A stretch of 64,000 nt of DNA, taken from Octopus vulgaris (taxonomy: Eukaryota). The position numbers and the translations under genes were made by a program. This document shows, one piece after another, positions 40,606 to 53,413 of the stretch (its first letter is position 1; each line of letters opens with the position of its first letter). Below the pieces are notes generated by a model that was not told where the DNA came from, searched no databases, and saw nothing but the letters and a program-made list of their open reading frames with translations. The stretch lies in NCBI GenBank assembly GCA_951406725.2, contig OX597818.1, positions 144,460,001 through 144,524,000 on the forward strand, in the 5' to 3' direction.

Positions 40606-40996
40606 TCTTTATATACAAAAGTGAGGTTGTGTGGTGTCTGTCTCCTACGATTTAGATTCCTAACTACTCCCACATTTTACGGTGCAGTTTAACCAAAACC
40701 GGGTATCTTATAGTCGTGATTCATATCGAGCCCTTCTGGGTATTAGCGCGCGTCTACGATGAGTCTACGATTTTTAAAAAAAATTACCATCATTTTTCCC
40801 CATTTTTAATGCATTTTTGGCATATATAAGGGAAGTAACTCTCTAAAAATTTATTAAATCTCAGAACGTAAAAAGCTACAGTACCCCCCCCCTTGTTGTT
40901 AGCCATATTGAGATGGCTATTATACTTTACATCTCTAAAAATGCTTATATAGTTATTTCCCTTACAAACCCGAGCAACGCCGGGCGATACTGCTAG
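40606..40996 (+). mobile_element. Complete non-autonomous Helitron-like element (~390 bp)
   Basis: A|TC 5' end, subterminal hairpin CCCGAGC-AAC-GCCGGG (40969-40984), CTAG|T 3' end, no TSD. Confidence 0.8.
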
Positions 40997-41149
40997 TATT
41001 TTATGTATTGTAATGACTAATATTATAATTAACTTAACAAATGGCCATCTTGATAATTAATTAATATTGATCTTCGTTCATTTCACCAATGCTTCTTCAC
41101 ATCTAATTCCGTCGTTAGATTTGGTGACTCTCCACTAAAGAATCGTATG

Positions 41150-42290
41150 CCTTCGATGCATTTTGTGACTCCGTCGTTACAAGTTGTTTAAATTGCTCAT
41201 ATTGGCAGAGTAACTCTTCATGTTCTTCATTGCAGACACATAATAATGGATTCCCAGCAGAAGCACATTGTGTCATAGAGTTCTTGACGAAGAGGGCATT
41301 CATGTGTCGCGAGGGTGGCTTGTTACTCGAATTGAGCTGGTCAACGAAGATATATTGTGCTGGCTGCATGAATAGCTGAAGCAAGCCTGTGAACATTTAA
41401 ATGAAATATTTATTGCCGGACACAAAGATATTGGTGTTGGTTTTTTGCAATGAACAACATAAATGTTTGCTGACAGGGAGAGGGACAAACTGGTATGAAA
41501 TTTTAGAAAGCTATCAGTGTGATAACATGTGGTTGGTCCCAGAATATACGAAGTTAACGGCGCAATTCTCCGTGACGACAGAGGTCCTTGGTGGTCAGCC
41601 TTTGACCGTCTGCTGTTTAGGCTGCGCGCCAAACGGTTTTAATAGGAGACCAGAAATCAAATTAACGTTTGAGAAAAACCAGGTCACGCCACATTCTCAT
41701 GCTGATTGGTCAATTAATAGACCGATTACATGAAACTATGGTGGTTTGCTCGTGGTGTTTGGCTGATTATGCAGCAGTTGAGTTTCCTTGATTTTCTGGA
41801 ACTTGGTTGTACGTGAATAATGAGCAGTACGTTAAGACTCGACACGTTTTGAGAAGCCGTTAGAAGGAAGGCACCGAACAAAAATCACCAATTCAAGAAC
41901 ACCGGTTCACATTCATCATGACAATGCACACCCACACATACCTTTGAAAACAAGCTAGGTGGTTAACAAACTGGGTTGGTCAGTGGTTCCTCTTTCGCTG
42001 TACAACTCTGGTTATTTTCAACTTTCAGCTGTTCGATCCAAATGAAAGACAGTCCATGGTAACAACAATTTGATGACTGATGAGGTGAATTGGCTGCAAG
42101 GAAGTGGCTAAAACAGTGCACGTTGGAATCTTTTCAAAGAGGATTCGAAAGTTGAGTTATTTAACCGCTTATATTGTGAAATACTTTTGTATAGTAGGAG
42201 AGTTACATTCCCGACAAGTGTAATTTAAACTTGTATCAATTAATAAATTATGCATACTTTTACGTTACTTTCAGTTCAACCTCCGTATAT
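41150..42290 (+). mobile_element. Highly decayed mariner relic
   Basis: CVIEFLTK-like N-terminal remnant near 41270, HHDNAHPH near 41915, TIR-like TTACTTTCAGTTCAACCTCCGTA at the right end. Confidence 0.55.
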
Positions 42291-42423
42291 GGTTTTAACG
42301 AGGGTTGGGGAAGTACTCAGAATCTGAAAAACCAGCCAGACGTCGAGTGCAGAAATTCTAGAGTAAAAGATTACTGGATAAATCCAAATAATTCACATAC
42401 ACACATACACACACACATGCATG

Positions 42424-42500
<77 letters not shown>

Positions 42501-42520
42501 CCGCATGGCTGTATATAGGC

Positions 42521-42670
42521 CACTAGCGTAGCGAGGGGAGCGGTAGAGCCAGCACTTTTAAAGGAGCACCACCTTTGGCTCTGCTGTAGGCAATATGTGT
42601 TTTTTGTGGGTTCCAGGGGCGGCAAACAGAAGGGTCGCCCCGAGCGGCACATACTCTAGCTACGCTCGTG
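42521..42670. mobile_element. 150-bp hAT-type MITE
   Basis: TIRs CACTAGCGTAGC / GCTACGCTCGTG. 8-bp TSD ATATAGGC / ATATAGTC. Confidence 0.8.
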
Positions 42671-42899
42671 ATATAGTCGCAGATGTGACTGTGCAGTAAG
42701 AAGTTTACTTCTCAACGACATGATTCCGGGTTCAGTCCCATTACGTGGAATCACAGGCAAGAGTCTTCTACTATAGCTTGGGCCCACAAAGCTTTGTGAG
42801 TGGATCTGGTAGACGGAAGCCGAAAGAAGTCAGTTCGTGTATATATGGATTTCCTTTGGTATTTTGTCCTGTACTTATCTCTGTGTTTAAGTATTTTTA

Positions 42900-44100
42900 C
42901 GTGTCACCAGCATGGATGGCATTTGTGTGACGCTAGTATCTGCTGCGACCACAATTTCACATGGCTTGATGGGTCTTTTTCTCAAGCATGGCATAATTCC
43001 AAAGGTCTCGGTCGTTTGTCCTTGCCCCCGTGAGGCCCAACACTCGAAAGATGTCTTTTACATGCCACCGGCATCGGTCACCTTGTCTCCGTGAGGCTCA
43101 GTGCTCGAAAGGTGCCAGTTACGTGATCCCGGTATCGGCCACGGCTACGATTTCACTTGACTTGACGGATCTTCTCAAGTACGGCATATAGATCTCTAGT
43201 CATTGCCTTTGTGAGGCCCACAGTTCGAAGGTCATGCTTCACCACTTCGTCTCATATCTTCCTGGGTCTACTTCTATCACAGGTTCACTCCACAGTTAGA
43301 GATCGGTATGTCCTCGTCCATACGCAACACATGACCATACCAGCGCAGTCGTCTCTCTTGCATACTACATCTGATACCTTTTACGCCCAACTTTTCTCTC
43401 AAGATGCTAACACTCTGTCATACATGCACACTAACATTGCACATTCAGCGAAGCATACTAGCTTCATTTCTTTCAAGCCTACGCATGTCCTCGGTGGTCA
43501 CAGCCCATGTTTTACTGACATGTAGCATAACTGTTCGCAAACAGGCATCATACAGTCTGCCTTTCACTCTGAGGGAGAGGTCCTTTGTTGCCAGTAGAGG
43601 TAGAAACTCTTTGAACTTTTCCCAGCCTATTCTTATTCTCACAGCTACGTTCTCAGAGCATCCACCTCCGCTACTAACTTGGTCGCCGAGATAACAGAAG
43701 CTATCTACTACCTCGAGCTTACCCCAGTGGCAGTTGATGGAGTCTATTTTGCGCACATTTTTAGTGTTTATTGTACCTGTGCACCTTCCACACACAAAAA
43801 CTATACTCCCAGTTAAACTTCCTCTGATATTGCTGCACCGCTTATGTGTCCATAGCTTGCGCCAGGTAGATCGTATGGCGTTTCAACCAAACGCCTTTTC
43901 TATTGATCGAGCAGAGCCATATATCTGAAAGAATTTGTGATTTGTCTGCTCACCAACATACTAAGACTTTGATTTTTGCTAGATTAACTCTAAGGCCATT
44001 TGAATCTAGACCTTGCCTCCACGCCTGAAATTTCTTCTCTCGTTTAAGTAGTGATTCGGCTATAAGAACAAGGTATGGAGGAGCTTCCAGGAGCAGCCCG
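42900..44100 (-). mobile_element. RTE LINE 3' part (RT end, PHD finger, tail subrepeats)
   Basis: HKRCS...VFVCGRCTG...LEVVDSFCYLGD...KGRLYDACLRTVMLH. Same family as 21.6-23.6 kb. Confidence 0.88.
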
Positions 44101-44342
44101 TCTTAAATTCCTCTGTTATTGCTTGGAGGACGACGACGATGAACAAGAGGGGGCACGTGTGTGTGGGTGTGTTTGCGTGTCCTTATGTTTGTGTTTGTCC
44201 TCACAACTACGCTTCTGTAAAAGTAACTCATAGAATAAGTACCAGGCTTAAAAAATAAGTACTGGGGTCGATTTATTCGACTAAACTCTTCAAGGCGGTG
44301 CCCCAGCATGGCTTCAGTTCAATAACAATCAAGTTAAAAACG

Positions 44343-44421
<79 letters not shown>

Positions 44422-44604
44422 ATAAATATTAGGGAATAAATCCAAATTTACAGGGAAAAATCAGATTTAGATTGAATCCAATTTTATAGTAAAATATTAT
44501 ATAATATTAATTAGAGACAAAACCACTATTTTGCAAATCAAACAAAGAAAGACTTAATCCAATACATAAAAAAATTTAATATAAATTAAATAAAATTAAA
44601 TTCG

Positions 44605-44650
44605 CCACTACAATTGTTTCGTGTCTCTTCAAAGGACATTCATCAGGTGG
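44605..44650 (-). ncRNA. Minimal type I hammerhead ribozyme (mirror copy)
   Basis: Exact reverse complement of 44711-44756. Confidence 0.8.
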
Positions 44651-44710
44651 ATTTCAGATCTTCTATTCAATTTTAAGTTATAACTTAAAATTGAATAGAA
44701 GATCTGAAAT

Positions 44711-44756
44711 CCACCTGATGAATGTCCTTTGAAGAGACACGAAACAATTGTAGTGG
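44711..44756 (+). ncRNA. Minimal type I hammerhead ribozyme
   Basis: CCAC-CTGATGA-A-TGTC-CTTTGAAGA-GACA-C-GAAAC-AATT-GTA-GTGG. Intact core, stem I CCAC/GTGG, stem II TGTC/GACA, palindromic stem III ACAATTGT. Predicted cut after 44752. Confidence 0.8.
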
Positions 44757-44942
44757 CGAATTTAATTTTATTTAATTTATATTAAATTTTTTTATGTATT
44801 GGATTAAGTCTTTCTTTGTTTGATTTGCAAAATAGTGGTTTTGTCTCTAATTAATATTATATAATATTTTACTATAAAATTGGCCTAAATCTGATTTTTC
44901 CCTGTAAATTTGGATTTATTCTAATATTTATTATTATATATA

Positions 44943-45014
<72 letters not shown>

Positions 45015-45186
45015 TATTGTGCTTGGGGAGAGTCATTCTCTTTTAGTGCCTTATTACTTAACACACTCACCGGTTCGATTTCCACTCATTTACTTATTTA
45101 TTTTTTCTAATGTTTTCGTTGCGTCTTGCAACTTTTTCAATGGTCGTTGACTCTGTCTGTCTGTTTGTCTGTCTCTGTATATATAT

Positions 45187-45225
<39 letters not shown>

Positions 45226-45279
45226 TGTATATGTTGTACGTACATATAATGTAGACCGTGTATCACGGGACTTCAGAGA

Positions 45280-46860
45280 TGCCTCAATTCAACATCTTTA
45301 TTAGAATAAAGGAAACAGAAGTGTCTGTGATAACCATCGTGGGATATCGCTTCTGTCTATTGCTGGTAAAATTCTTGCTCGACTCTTTCTTAACAGGATC
45401 ACCAAACACTTTGCAAATGATATCTATTCAGAATCCCAGAGCGGATTTCGTTCTGGCCGTGGCACTAACGACATGATATTTTCCCTTCGACAGGTCATGG
45501 AGAAGATACGTGAGAAAAATTAAGAGTTGTTCTTGATATTCGTTAACCTTACTTAGACCTTGGGCACTTAACGGGTAAGCACTATGAAAAGTTATGAAAA
45601 AGCTTGGTATATCTGACAAGATGTTGAATGTTATCATCTCCTTTCATGAAGGAATGAAGGCTGCTGTCGTGTCCGGTGGGGAATTTTCGGCTTCCTTTGA
45701 TGTTACAAATGGCACAAAGCAAGGTTGTGTTATGGCTCCTGTTTTGTTTGCACGCTTCTTTTCAGTGGTGCTGAGGTATGCTTTTGGCGACATACAAAGT
45801 GGTGTCAAATTCCAGTTTCGAACAAATGGTGGACTATTCAATCACCAGCATTTCAAAGCCAGAACACTGCTACGCACCAGTATCATTCGTGATCTACTTT
45901 TTGCAGATGCTGCTGCACTAGTAGCGACTTCTTTAGAGGAAGCTCAAGAACTTCTAGACTGGTTTTCTGCTGCATGTAAAGCGTTTGATTTGACCATCAG
46001 CATAAAGAAGACGGAATAATTCACCAACGTGGCCCTACTCCTAAAAAAATGCTAGGTGTCAAGCAGAGGCCACCGGTTCACAATTTTCCTGACACTCCTA
46101 TACATGCTGTTGGAAAAAACCTAAATTATGTAAAGTAATTTACACATCTTGGTAGTAAAGTGAATTAGAGCGCTTCCCTTAATGATGAAATCGTTAATCG
46201 TCTTGCGAAGGCAACCAACACATTTGGCAAACTCCGTCATCGCCTCTGAAATGAAAGGGGCATCAGACTTGACACCAAAGTACAGGTCTATAAAGTAGCT
46301 GTTCTTACTACTCTCTTGTATGGCTCAGAATCGTGGATACCCTATAGACGACACATTAACCAACTAGACATCTTTCACAAAGGCTGTCTGAGGACAATCT
46401 GCGGTTATTCTCTAAAAGTCAGAGTTTCTAATGACGACCTGTTTAGCAAGTGTAAGACTCGTGAAATCGTGACCTTCCTTTTGCAGTCACAGTTGCGCTG
46501 GGCCGGTCATGTCAGAATGAGTGACGAAAAAGTACCCAAATTCATGTAGAGCCCGCTTGAGAGTGACTACAAGAATGTTGGTCGACCATGGCTCAGCTAT
46601 AAGGACAAACTGAAGGATAACCTCTTAGTGATGAAGATAGCTTACAACACCTTTGAGCGAACAAAAGGGAGATCGGTGTGTCAAAATAGTATTAGAAACT
46701 TTGCTGCAACCAGCATTAACAGGCTTCGGGGTGCAAGGCAAAGGAGAAAAGCGGTTGCAAATATACCACTTGCACTGACCTGTAATCATCATATTTGCAG
46801 GATCTGTGGGCTTTTTTTGCAAATCGTTAGTGGGACTCAAATGTCACATTATTGACATAA
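45280..46860 (+). mobile_element. RTE/BovB-like LINE RT pseudogene
   Basis: GTKQGCVMAPVLF, DLLFADAAAL, LYGSESW, QLRWAGHV and a C-terminal Cys/His motif. Confidence 0.9.
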
Positions 46861-47124
46861 GCATTATGGCTGACAAAGACTGGGTTGTCGGAACCTCATA
46901 CATCATATTTATACACACACGCATGCATATGTTGTATGTATATGTTTTATGTACATATAGTGTACATGTGTATAGTATAGTATATATATATATATATATA
47001 TACATGCATATATATATACATGCACATATATGTATAATTTGTATGTACATAGTGTGTGCATGTATTTATATATATATATACATGTACATGTATATATATA
47101 TATATATACATGTATATATGTTCA

Positions 47125-48108
47125 TAGTGGCCCATTCAGACATGCCTTCAGTTTCTACGATGACCACCCTTGCTAGCTATGCAGATGACACAAAAGTCTC
47201 CCACGCAATACAAAACCCTGAAAATATTGTGCATCTGCAACAGGAGTTGGGCACAATATACAGGTGGGCTGAGGACAACAACATGCTGTTTAATGCAGGT
47301 AAGTTCCAGGCCCTGCGCTACTGGCACACAAAGGTAAACGACGTGCAGACTGGATACACTGGCCCAGGAAGAATTGCAATCCCTGAGTCAAAATCAGTGC
47401 GTGACCTGGGCATTGACATGAGCTGGATGGATTCTCCGAACTTTCAGAACAAGAGAGAAGGAGACACTGATGGTCCTATGGAAAACATTCGTCCTCAGCC
47501 GTTTGGACTACTGCTCCCAACTGTGGTCACCACACAATATAAAACTAACAGCAGAACTCGAAGCAATTCAGAGAAGCTACACAAAGAAAATCGTCTCAAT
47601 GCAAAATATCAGCTACTGGGAAAGACTGAAGGTATTAAACCTCTTCTCCCTAGAGCGGAGGCGGGAGAGATATGCGGTGATATACATCTGGAAAATCCTG
47701 GAGGGTCTTGTCCCAAACTTTGGCATTCAAAGTTACCCAACCGCAGAACGGGGTGCCACTGCATGGTGCCAAGGATTCCAACATCACCATCAAAATACAG
47801 GTTCAGATACTGCAACAACTTGGGTTTCAGAGGACCTCAGCTCTTTAACATCCTCCCTAAATGCCTGAGAGACTTACATGGTGTGGATGTGGGTTTCTTT
47901 AAAACTAAACTGGATCTCTTCTTGTTGGGAGTCCCAGATGAACCTACCTCACGACAGGAGACGCGGATGCGGGCAGCAGCATCGAACTCCCTTGTTGATC
48001 AAGTGCCACGTATCAGAGGTGGATTCACAAATTAGTGTAGCTCATTCAGCGGTGGTGCTCCAGCATGGCCGCGGCCTTCGGGTTAAAACATTTTTAAGGA
48101 TTTTAAGG

Positions 48109-48110
<2 letters not shown>
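47125..48110 (+). mobile_element. CR1/L2-group LINE 3' portion
   Basis: SYADDTKV...WAEDNNMLFNAGKFQ, SRLDYCSQLWSP, SLERRRERY. Tail GCGGTGGTGCTCCAGCATGGCCGC then TTTTAAGGA repeats. Confidence 0.9.
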
Positions 48111-48112
<2 letters not shown>

Positions 48113-48200
<88 letters not shown>

Positions 48201-48344
48201 GTATATATATATATATATATACATGTATATATATATATATATATACATGTACATATGTATATATATATATATATATATATACATATGTATATGTATATAT
48301 ATATATACATGTACATATGTATATATATATATATATACATGTAC

Positions 48345-48407
<63 letters not shown>

Positions 48408-48440
48408 AATATATATAAATATATATAAATATATATATAT
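48113..48440. repeat. (TA)n array punctuated by CATG/CATATG units
   Basis: Seen directly. Confidence 0.9.
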
Positions 48441-48710
48441 AAATGATGATGATGATGATGATGATGATATTATGTACATACAACACATACATATATGTGT
48501 GTGTGTATATATATATATGTGTGTGTGTGCGTGTGTGTGTGTGTATCACTATGTTATATAAGAGCATCCATATATTATTCTAAAAAGTTAAGCGCTCCCC
48601 CTCCAACTAAAATAGTTTACAATGGTAACAATAAAACAAAAAAGTAATAAAGAAGGCGAAAAAAAAAGTAGAAAACTAGGTCAATGGAGTAAGAGCAAGT
48701 TGAGTGAGGT

Positions 48711-48807
48711 ACGCATGCGTGGAAGTATTAGAGTAGAGTTCCGGTTCAGAATTGTATATCTTGGAGAAATATGTTTTTCCTGAATTCTCTCTGCTGAATG
48801 AGTAAGT
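48711..48807 (+). promoter_or_regulatory. Possible promoter and first-exon region
   Basis: NRF1-like palindrome ACGCATGCGT (48711-48720), ETS-like GGAAG and TTCCGG, GTAAGT donor at 48802, in non-repetitive CpG-retaining DNA. Confidence 0.3.
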
Positions 48808-49961
48808 TAGCTTGTACCCTGGCATTACTAGAAAGGAAAAAGGTCAGTGCAGATCGCATCTCTTATTCATTCATTGCTTACCATACACATCTTTTCTTTT
48901 CTTGTGTTTTCCCTCTTTGGTTTCCCTCATCCTTTCTTTTTCCATCTGCCTCTTGCTCTTGTGTCTTTGACAATTAATTAATTAGTTTTAGTATGTTTAA
49001 TTAACGGTGAAGGAGGGGTTTACCTGAGGTAAATTAAGCTGCTTCGATGTAATAACGTATTTAGAAAGAGTAATAATATCTTGTAAGACGAAATCTTGCT
49101 GTAAATCAAGAAAGGAAATATTTCAAATATGTATTTTTCTTTTCAGTTTATTTCTCTTTCCCACCCCCCTCCTTTTGTCGGTCTTTTAAGATTTCTTGTT
49201 GGGAACTCTTTATAATTCCCGTGTCGTTTATTTGCATGTTGGATGTTGTAATTTTCAATACAAATAATGTTTACAGTAGATTATATCCTTCGTGTTTGTG
49301 TATAAATTCTGATGATGCAAAGTGGAAATTCTTATGGCAATTCCTTTGGTCGTCGCACCCTAATTCTCGACATTCGAGCTTGTTGCATCTGCAATCACTG
49401 ATGTTCTTTCTTTCTTCACATTTCCACTGAGTGAGCGAAAATCCAGATTTTCGTCCAAAGAAAAGAACCTGCTTTTGTCTCCATTCGAAAATCTGTGAGT
49501 GTGTATTCCGCATACACTCACACAAAGGCACTCCAACATAAACGAAGTACTCATTTCGTACAATACAGAGTTAATAGTATCTATTTCTTACATTGGTTGT
49601 AAACCAGAAATGTTGGTGTTCTGTAACAGTCGATTCTATTGAGCCTAATCTAGTGCTTGGCATTTTTAAGGAGCCCAGAAGGACGAAAGACAAAGTCGAT
49701 CTGGGTGGAATTTGAACTTGGAACGTAAAAGCCGGGACCAAACATTACAAGATGTTCAACCTCCACCGATTCTACCAATCTACAATAATAACAGCAATTA
49801 AAAATCAAGATTTTAGACCGTCTTTACGCCGAATTTCGCGTTACGTCTTTTCTAAACGATGAAATGTTTTAATAAAATTCGGAGGGAGGACGGTGCCTCG
49901 TCTCGGTTGAAATTTTATGTTTGTATATGTGTGCACATATATACATATAAATAAACATAAA

Positions 49962-50001
<40 letters not shown>

Positions 50002-50329
50002 ATGTGTATGTCAAACGGTCCATCCTCTCCACGGTCCGCTCAGCCTGCTACAAATAGCAGTCAATGTCACATTACATCTTGTACTATCTTGAATAAGGAC
50101 ACATTGAGTGATTGTAGCCGACGATTGACGAAGATCTTCATTCGTCGCAGGTCTTGCTCGATCAGGTTACCTCGGCTTTAAACAAGAGCACACACACACA
50201 CACACACCGAACTGACATTTAATAGTTTCTTTCCCAGACTACTAAATAGGAAAACAAGATCTTTATTGAGGGAGGGGGCGGGGTTCATAATTTAATCTAA
50301 AACATACTTGTGTGTGTGTGTACACACAC

Positions 50330-50379
50330 ACATATATATATATATATATGTATGTATGTATATATATATATCGATCTAA

Positions 50380-50413
<34 letters not shown>

Positions 50414-50448
50414 ATATATATATATCGATCTATATATATGTATGTATG

Positions 50449-50485
<37 letters not shown>

Positions 50486-50548
50486 CTAAATATGTATGTA
50501 TGTATGTATATATATATATATATCGATCTAAATATGTATGTATGTATG

Positions 50549-50588
<40 letters not shown>

Positions 50589-50612
50589 TATCGATCAATA
50601 TATATATATATA
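50330..50612. repeat. (TA)n/(TATG)n minisatellite with recurring TCGATC core
   Basis: Five TCGATC cores within TA-rich units. Confidence 0.9.
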
Positions 50613-51815
50613 GTGCAAGAGAAACTAGGAAGTCGTTCCTTACTTTTCCAGTCTTATTGTGTGTGTATATGTTTGTGTATGTATATATACACGCGAATTC
50701 TCAACTCGGATTTTTCATAAATCCTCTTGACACACAGAAGTGTCAATGTCACTTTGATGATTCAAAAACATGGGGAAATAAATAATTTCAATTAAATAGC
50801 GATTTTGGCGATATCACAATATCTTGGTCTTCTTCTACATGGTGCTAATTAAAACAGACAATCTCTCTCTCACACACACACACTTGCATTAGTAACAAGC
50901 AGAAAAGCATAAATTTCACATCCGATTCATAGTTTGTTCTTGACTGCTTATATATACCACACTATACACACACACACACATATATTAATATATATTAATA
51001 TTCACATGTATTAAAGCCAAATTGTTGCATTCTAGTAAATTTGATAAACGAACGGAAAGAGTGAGTAACGGTGGAGGAGGAGGAATTCTGGTATTTTCAG
51101 GAATGAAAATCATTTATGGATAATATTTACCTTTTATATATATATTTAATTTTCTGAAATATGCGAGCACCTTGTTAAACTACACATCGTGTATTCCCAA
51201 AATTGGTTCTTAAAATCAATATATATATATATATATATATATATTTGTATATTTACTCCACAAATTTTGTGTCAAGTTTGGTGGGGTTTTTTTTTTTCCT
51301 TTTAGACCAAAATTAGTTATGTTTTCGTAGGCGTAATTTAATGTAGTTGAATGTTCTTGGTAAGTAGTCATTCCTCGTATTTCGAATTTTAACATCGGAT
51401 CGTAATGCCTTTGTTGTTAAAAGTGTAGATTTAATTATGTAACAGACCTTTTCGCTGTTGTATCTGGCACAGAAAGCTGCACAAGATGCAGCCTTATGCT
51501 GCTTACCTTGCACTTTATTTCCCAGTTGTATCTATTTATCTGTGTCTCTGTTCTTGTTGAAATTCGGTTGTTCTTTAGCCATTTCCTTGCGTTTAGTAGC
51601 GATCACGAATATTCCAAATTCCATTCTGTAATTTAGTTTGCACGATTGGATCGTAAACTATTATTATATCCTGTGTGTATGTGTGTGTGTGCACGCGCGT
51701 GTATATCATCGGCTGTGTGTATGTGCACGCACTACGCGCACTTACATGTCACGCGCACATGTATATATACATGCAATCATAATGGAGTAATTGGTTCTGA
51801 TCCTTCATTGTCTTT

Positions 51816-51849
<34 letters not shown>

Positions 51850-51999
51850 ATGCTTCAACACACGAACTCACATAAAGAATCTTGCAAACCAAATCCAAAA
51901 ACGAAATATATATTAAGGTATGTGTTGAAAGTATGGACGTCGTCTGCTATTTAGTTTTTGAGGCTCCATTGCCTTGAGTAGTGTTTTGTTTGACGAAAA

Positions 52000-52180
52000 T
52001 TGCTTTGCGGTATTTCATCTGTCGACCTTACGTTCTGATTTCAAATTCCGCCGAGGTCGACTTTGCCTTTCATCCTTTCGGGGTCGATAAATTAAGTACC
52101 AGTTGCGTACTGGGGTCGGTCTAATCGACTGGCTCCCTCCCCCAAATTTTCGGGCTTTGTGCCTAGAGTAGAAAAGAAAA
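52000..52180 (+). mobile_element. CORE-SINE (13024 family), 5'-truncated
   Basis: CAAATTCCGCCGAGGTCGACTTTGCCTTTCATCCTTTCGGGGTCGATAAA identical to the 13.1 kb copy. Confidence 0.85.
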
Positions 52181-52293
52181 TAGGTCCGATATCCCTAAAT
52201 ACGTAGAACTGTATTAAGACTGTTGTAGAAATTGATGCGAAAAACTGCATTTTCTTTTGAACTAAGGAAGTTGTTTAGTTAGTGGGCCTGAGT

Positions 52294-52836
52294 CAGGGCT
52301 GGATTAAGACTAATCTAAGCACTTAAATTTGGGTGCTCCTATATATATGTAATTCAAGAAATAAACAATAATATAAACATAACTAATTTTTTTTTTCTAA
52401 AATAAAAGAAAAAGCTAACTTAATAACACAAGAAAACACTAGGGGACGAGCTTACTTCACTGGCGATGCCCTAGCATGGCCACAACCCTAGGGCTGAAAC
52501 ATAACAATAATAGTAAGCCATAAAATAAATTTGTTTCAAAATGAAACAAAACTAACAGTGAGATGGAAAATAATGTTTGTATACTTCAACTTTTTTTTCA
52601 TATTTGAAGTTTTCTCCTACCCTTTTTTTAATTGCAAAGTCTTTGAATGAGATCCTCAAAATTAATCTTACGTAACACGAATGATTCTATACTTAGTAGA
52701 GATAAGGCTTTCCGAATATTATTTTAGCAAGTTTAAAATTATTTCTTTTGTGCCATTTATCATTTCTGTGGTGCCACGCCCTACACTTGATGCCCTAAAC
52801 ACGTGCTTATTTTGCTTAATGGTTAATCCAATGCTG
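52294..52836 (-). mobile_element. hAT deletion derivative carrying the transposase C-terminus
   Basis: TIR-like CAGGGCTGGATTA / TAATCCAATGCTG and a partial 8-bp TSD (..TGAGT). Minus-strand LSLLSIESFVLRKINFEDLI..DFA resembles the end of the hAT dimerisation domain. Confidence 0.7.
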
Positions 52837-53413
52837 ATGTGAGTTTTTAGTCCTTGATTCAACCAATATGCACTCCAGTTGAAGCAGAACGAGCAAGCGA
52901 CATTACAAGAAAATTCCCCTGGTATAGACGACGGATGAAAACAGTTTACCCCCCCCTGTGAATTTAATGAAGAGCTGGATTAGAAATTCTGACACATTTA
53001 CCGAAAACAACAGTCATCTGAAGAAGGCAGGAGGGCACAACGTCCGAAATAATATAACCACGCTGAGGATACTAGTCCAAATATTTTAGTCTTTAATAAT
53101 TGTTTCTAATTCAGACATAAGAACAGTACTTTTGACGGGAAGGGGTTAGTCGGTTATGTTGAACTTCGTACTTGACTGGTACTTAATTTTATCGATCCCG
53201 AAAGGTAAAGTTGGCTTTGACAGGATTTATACATATTATAAGAAAGAACTACATCTTTCAAAACTTCCATGCTTCCTGAAGTCCGCCAACACTACACCTG
53301 ATGTTTTTTAAGTTGTAGTGCACTTGACTACTGTATACAACAATTTCTTTCACATTATATATATTAGAAATATTGCATTAGTAAATCTCTCAGAGTTATG
53401 CAGTAGCAGCACG

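Larger units (their letters stand above)
44417..44937. repeat. ~520-bp spacerless palindrome between two (TA)n tracts
   Basis: Axis at 44680/44681 (AAGTTA|TAACTT). The inner ~200 bp of each arm match perfectly by eye; two small indels lie distally. Confidence 0.97.

Noticed and set aside
46806-48035. Longest ORF in the track (409 aa)
   Set aside because: Chance read-through of an RTE end, a TA/TG microsatellite and a frameshifted CR1-like fragment; not a gene
49309-49335. CTGATGA...GAAA in unique DNA
   Set aside because: No supporting helices; expected by chance
53018-53060. CTGAAGAAGGC...GTCCGAAAT hammerhead-like core
   Set aside because: Stem II is plausible, but stem I does not pair and stem III is poor; at most a very old relic
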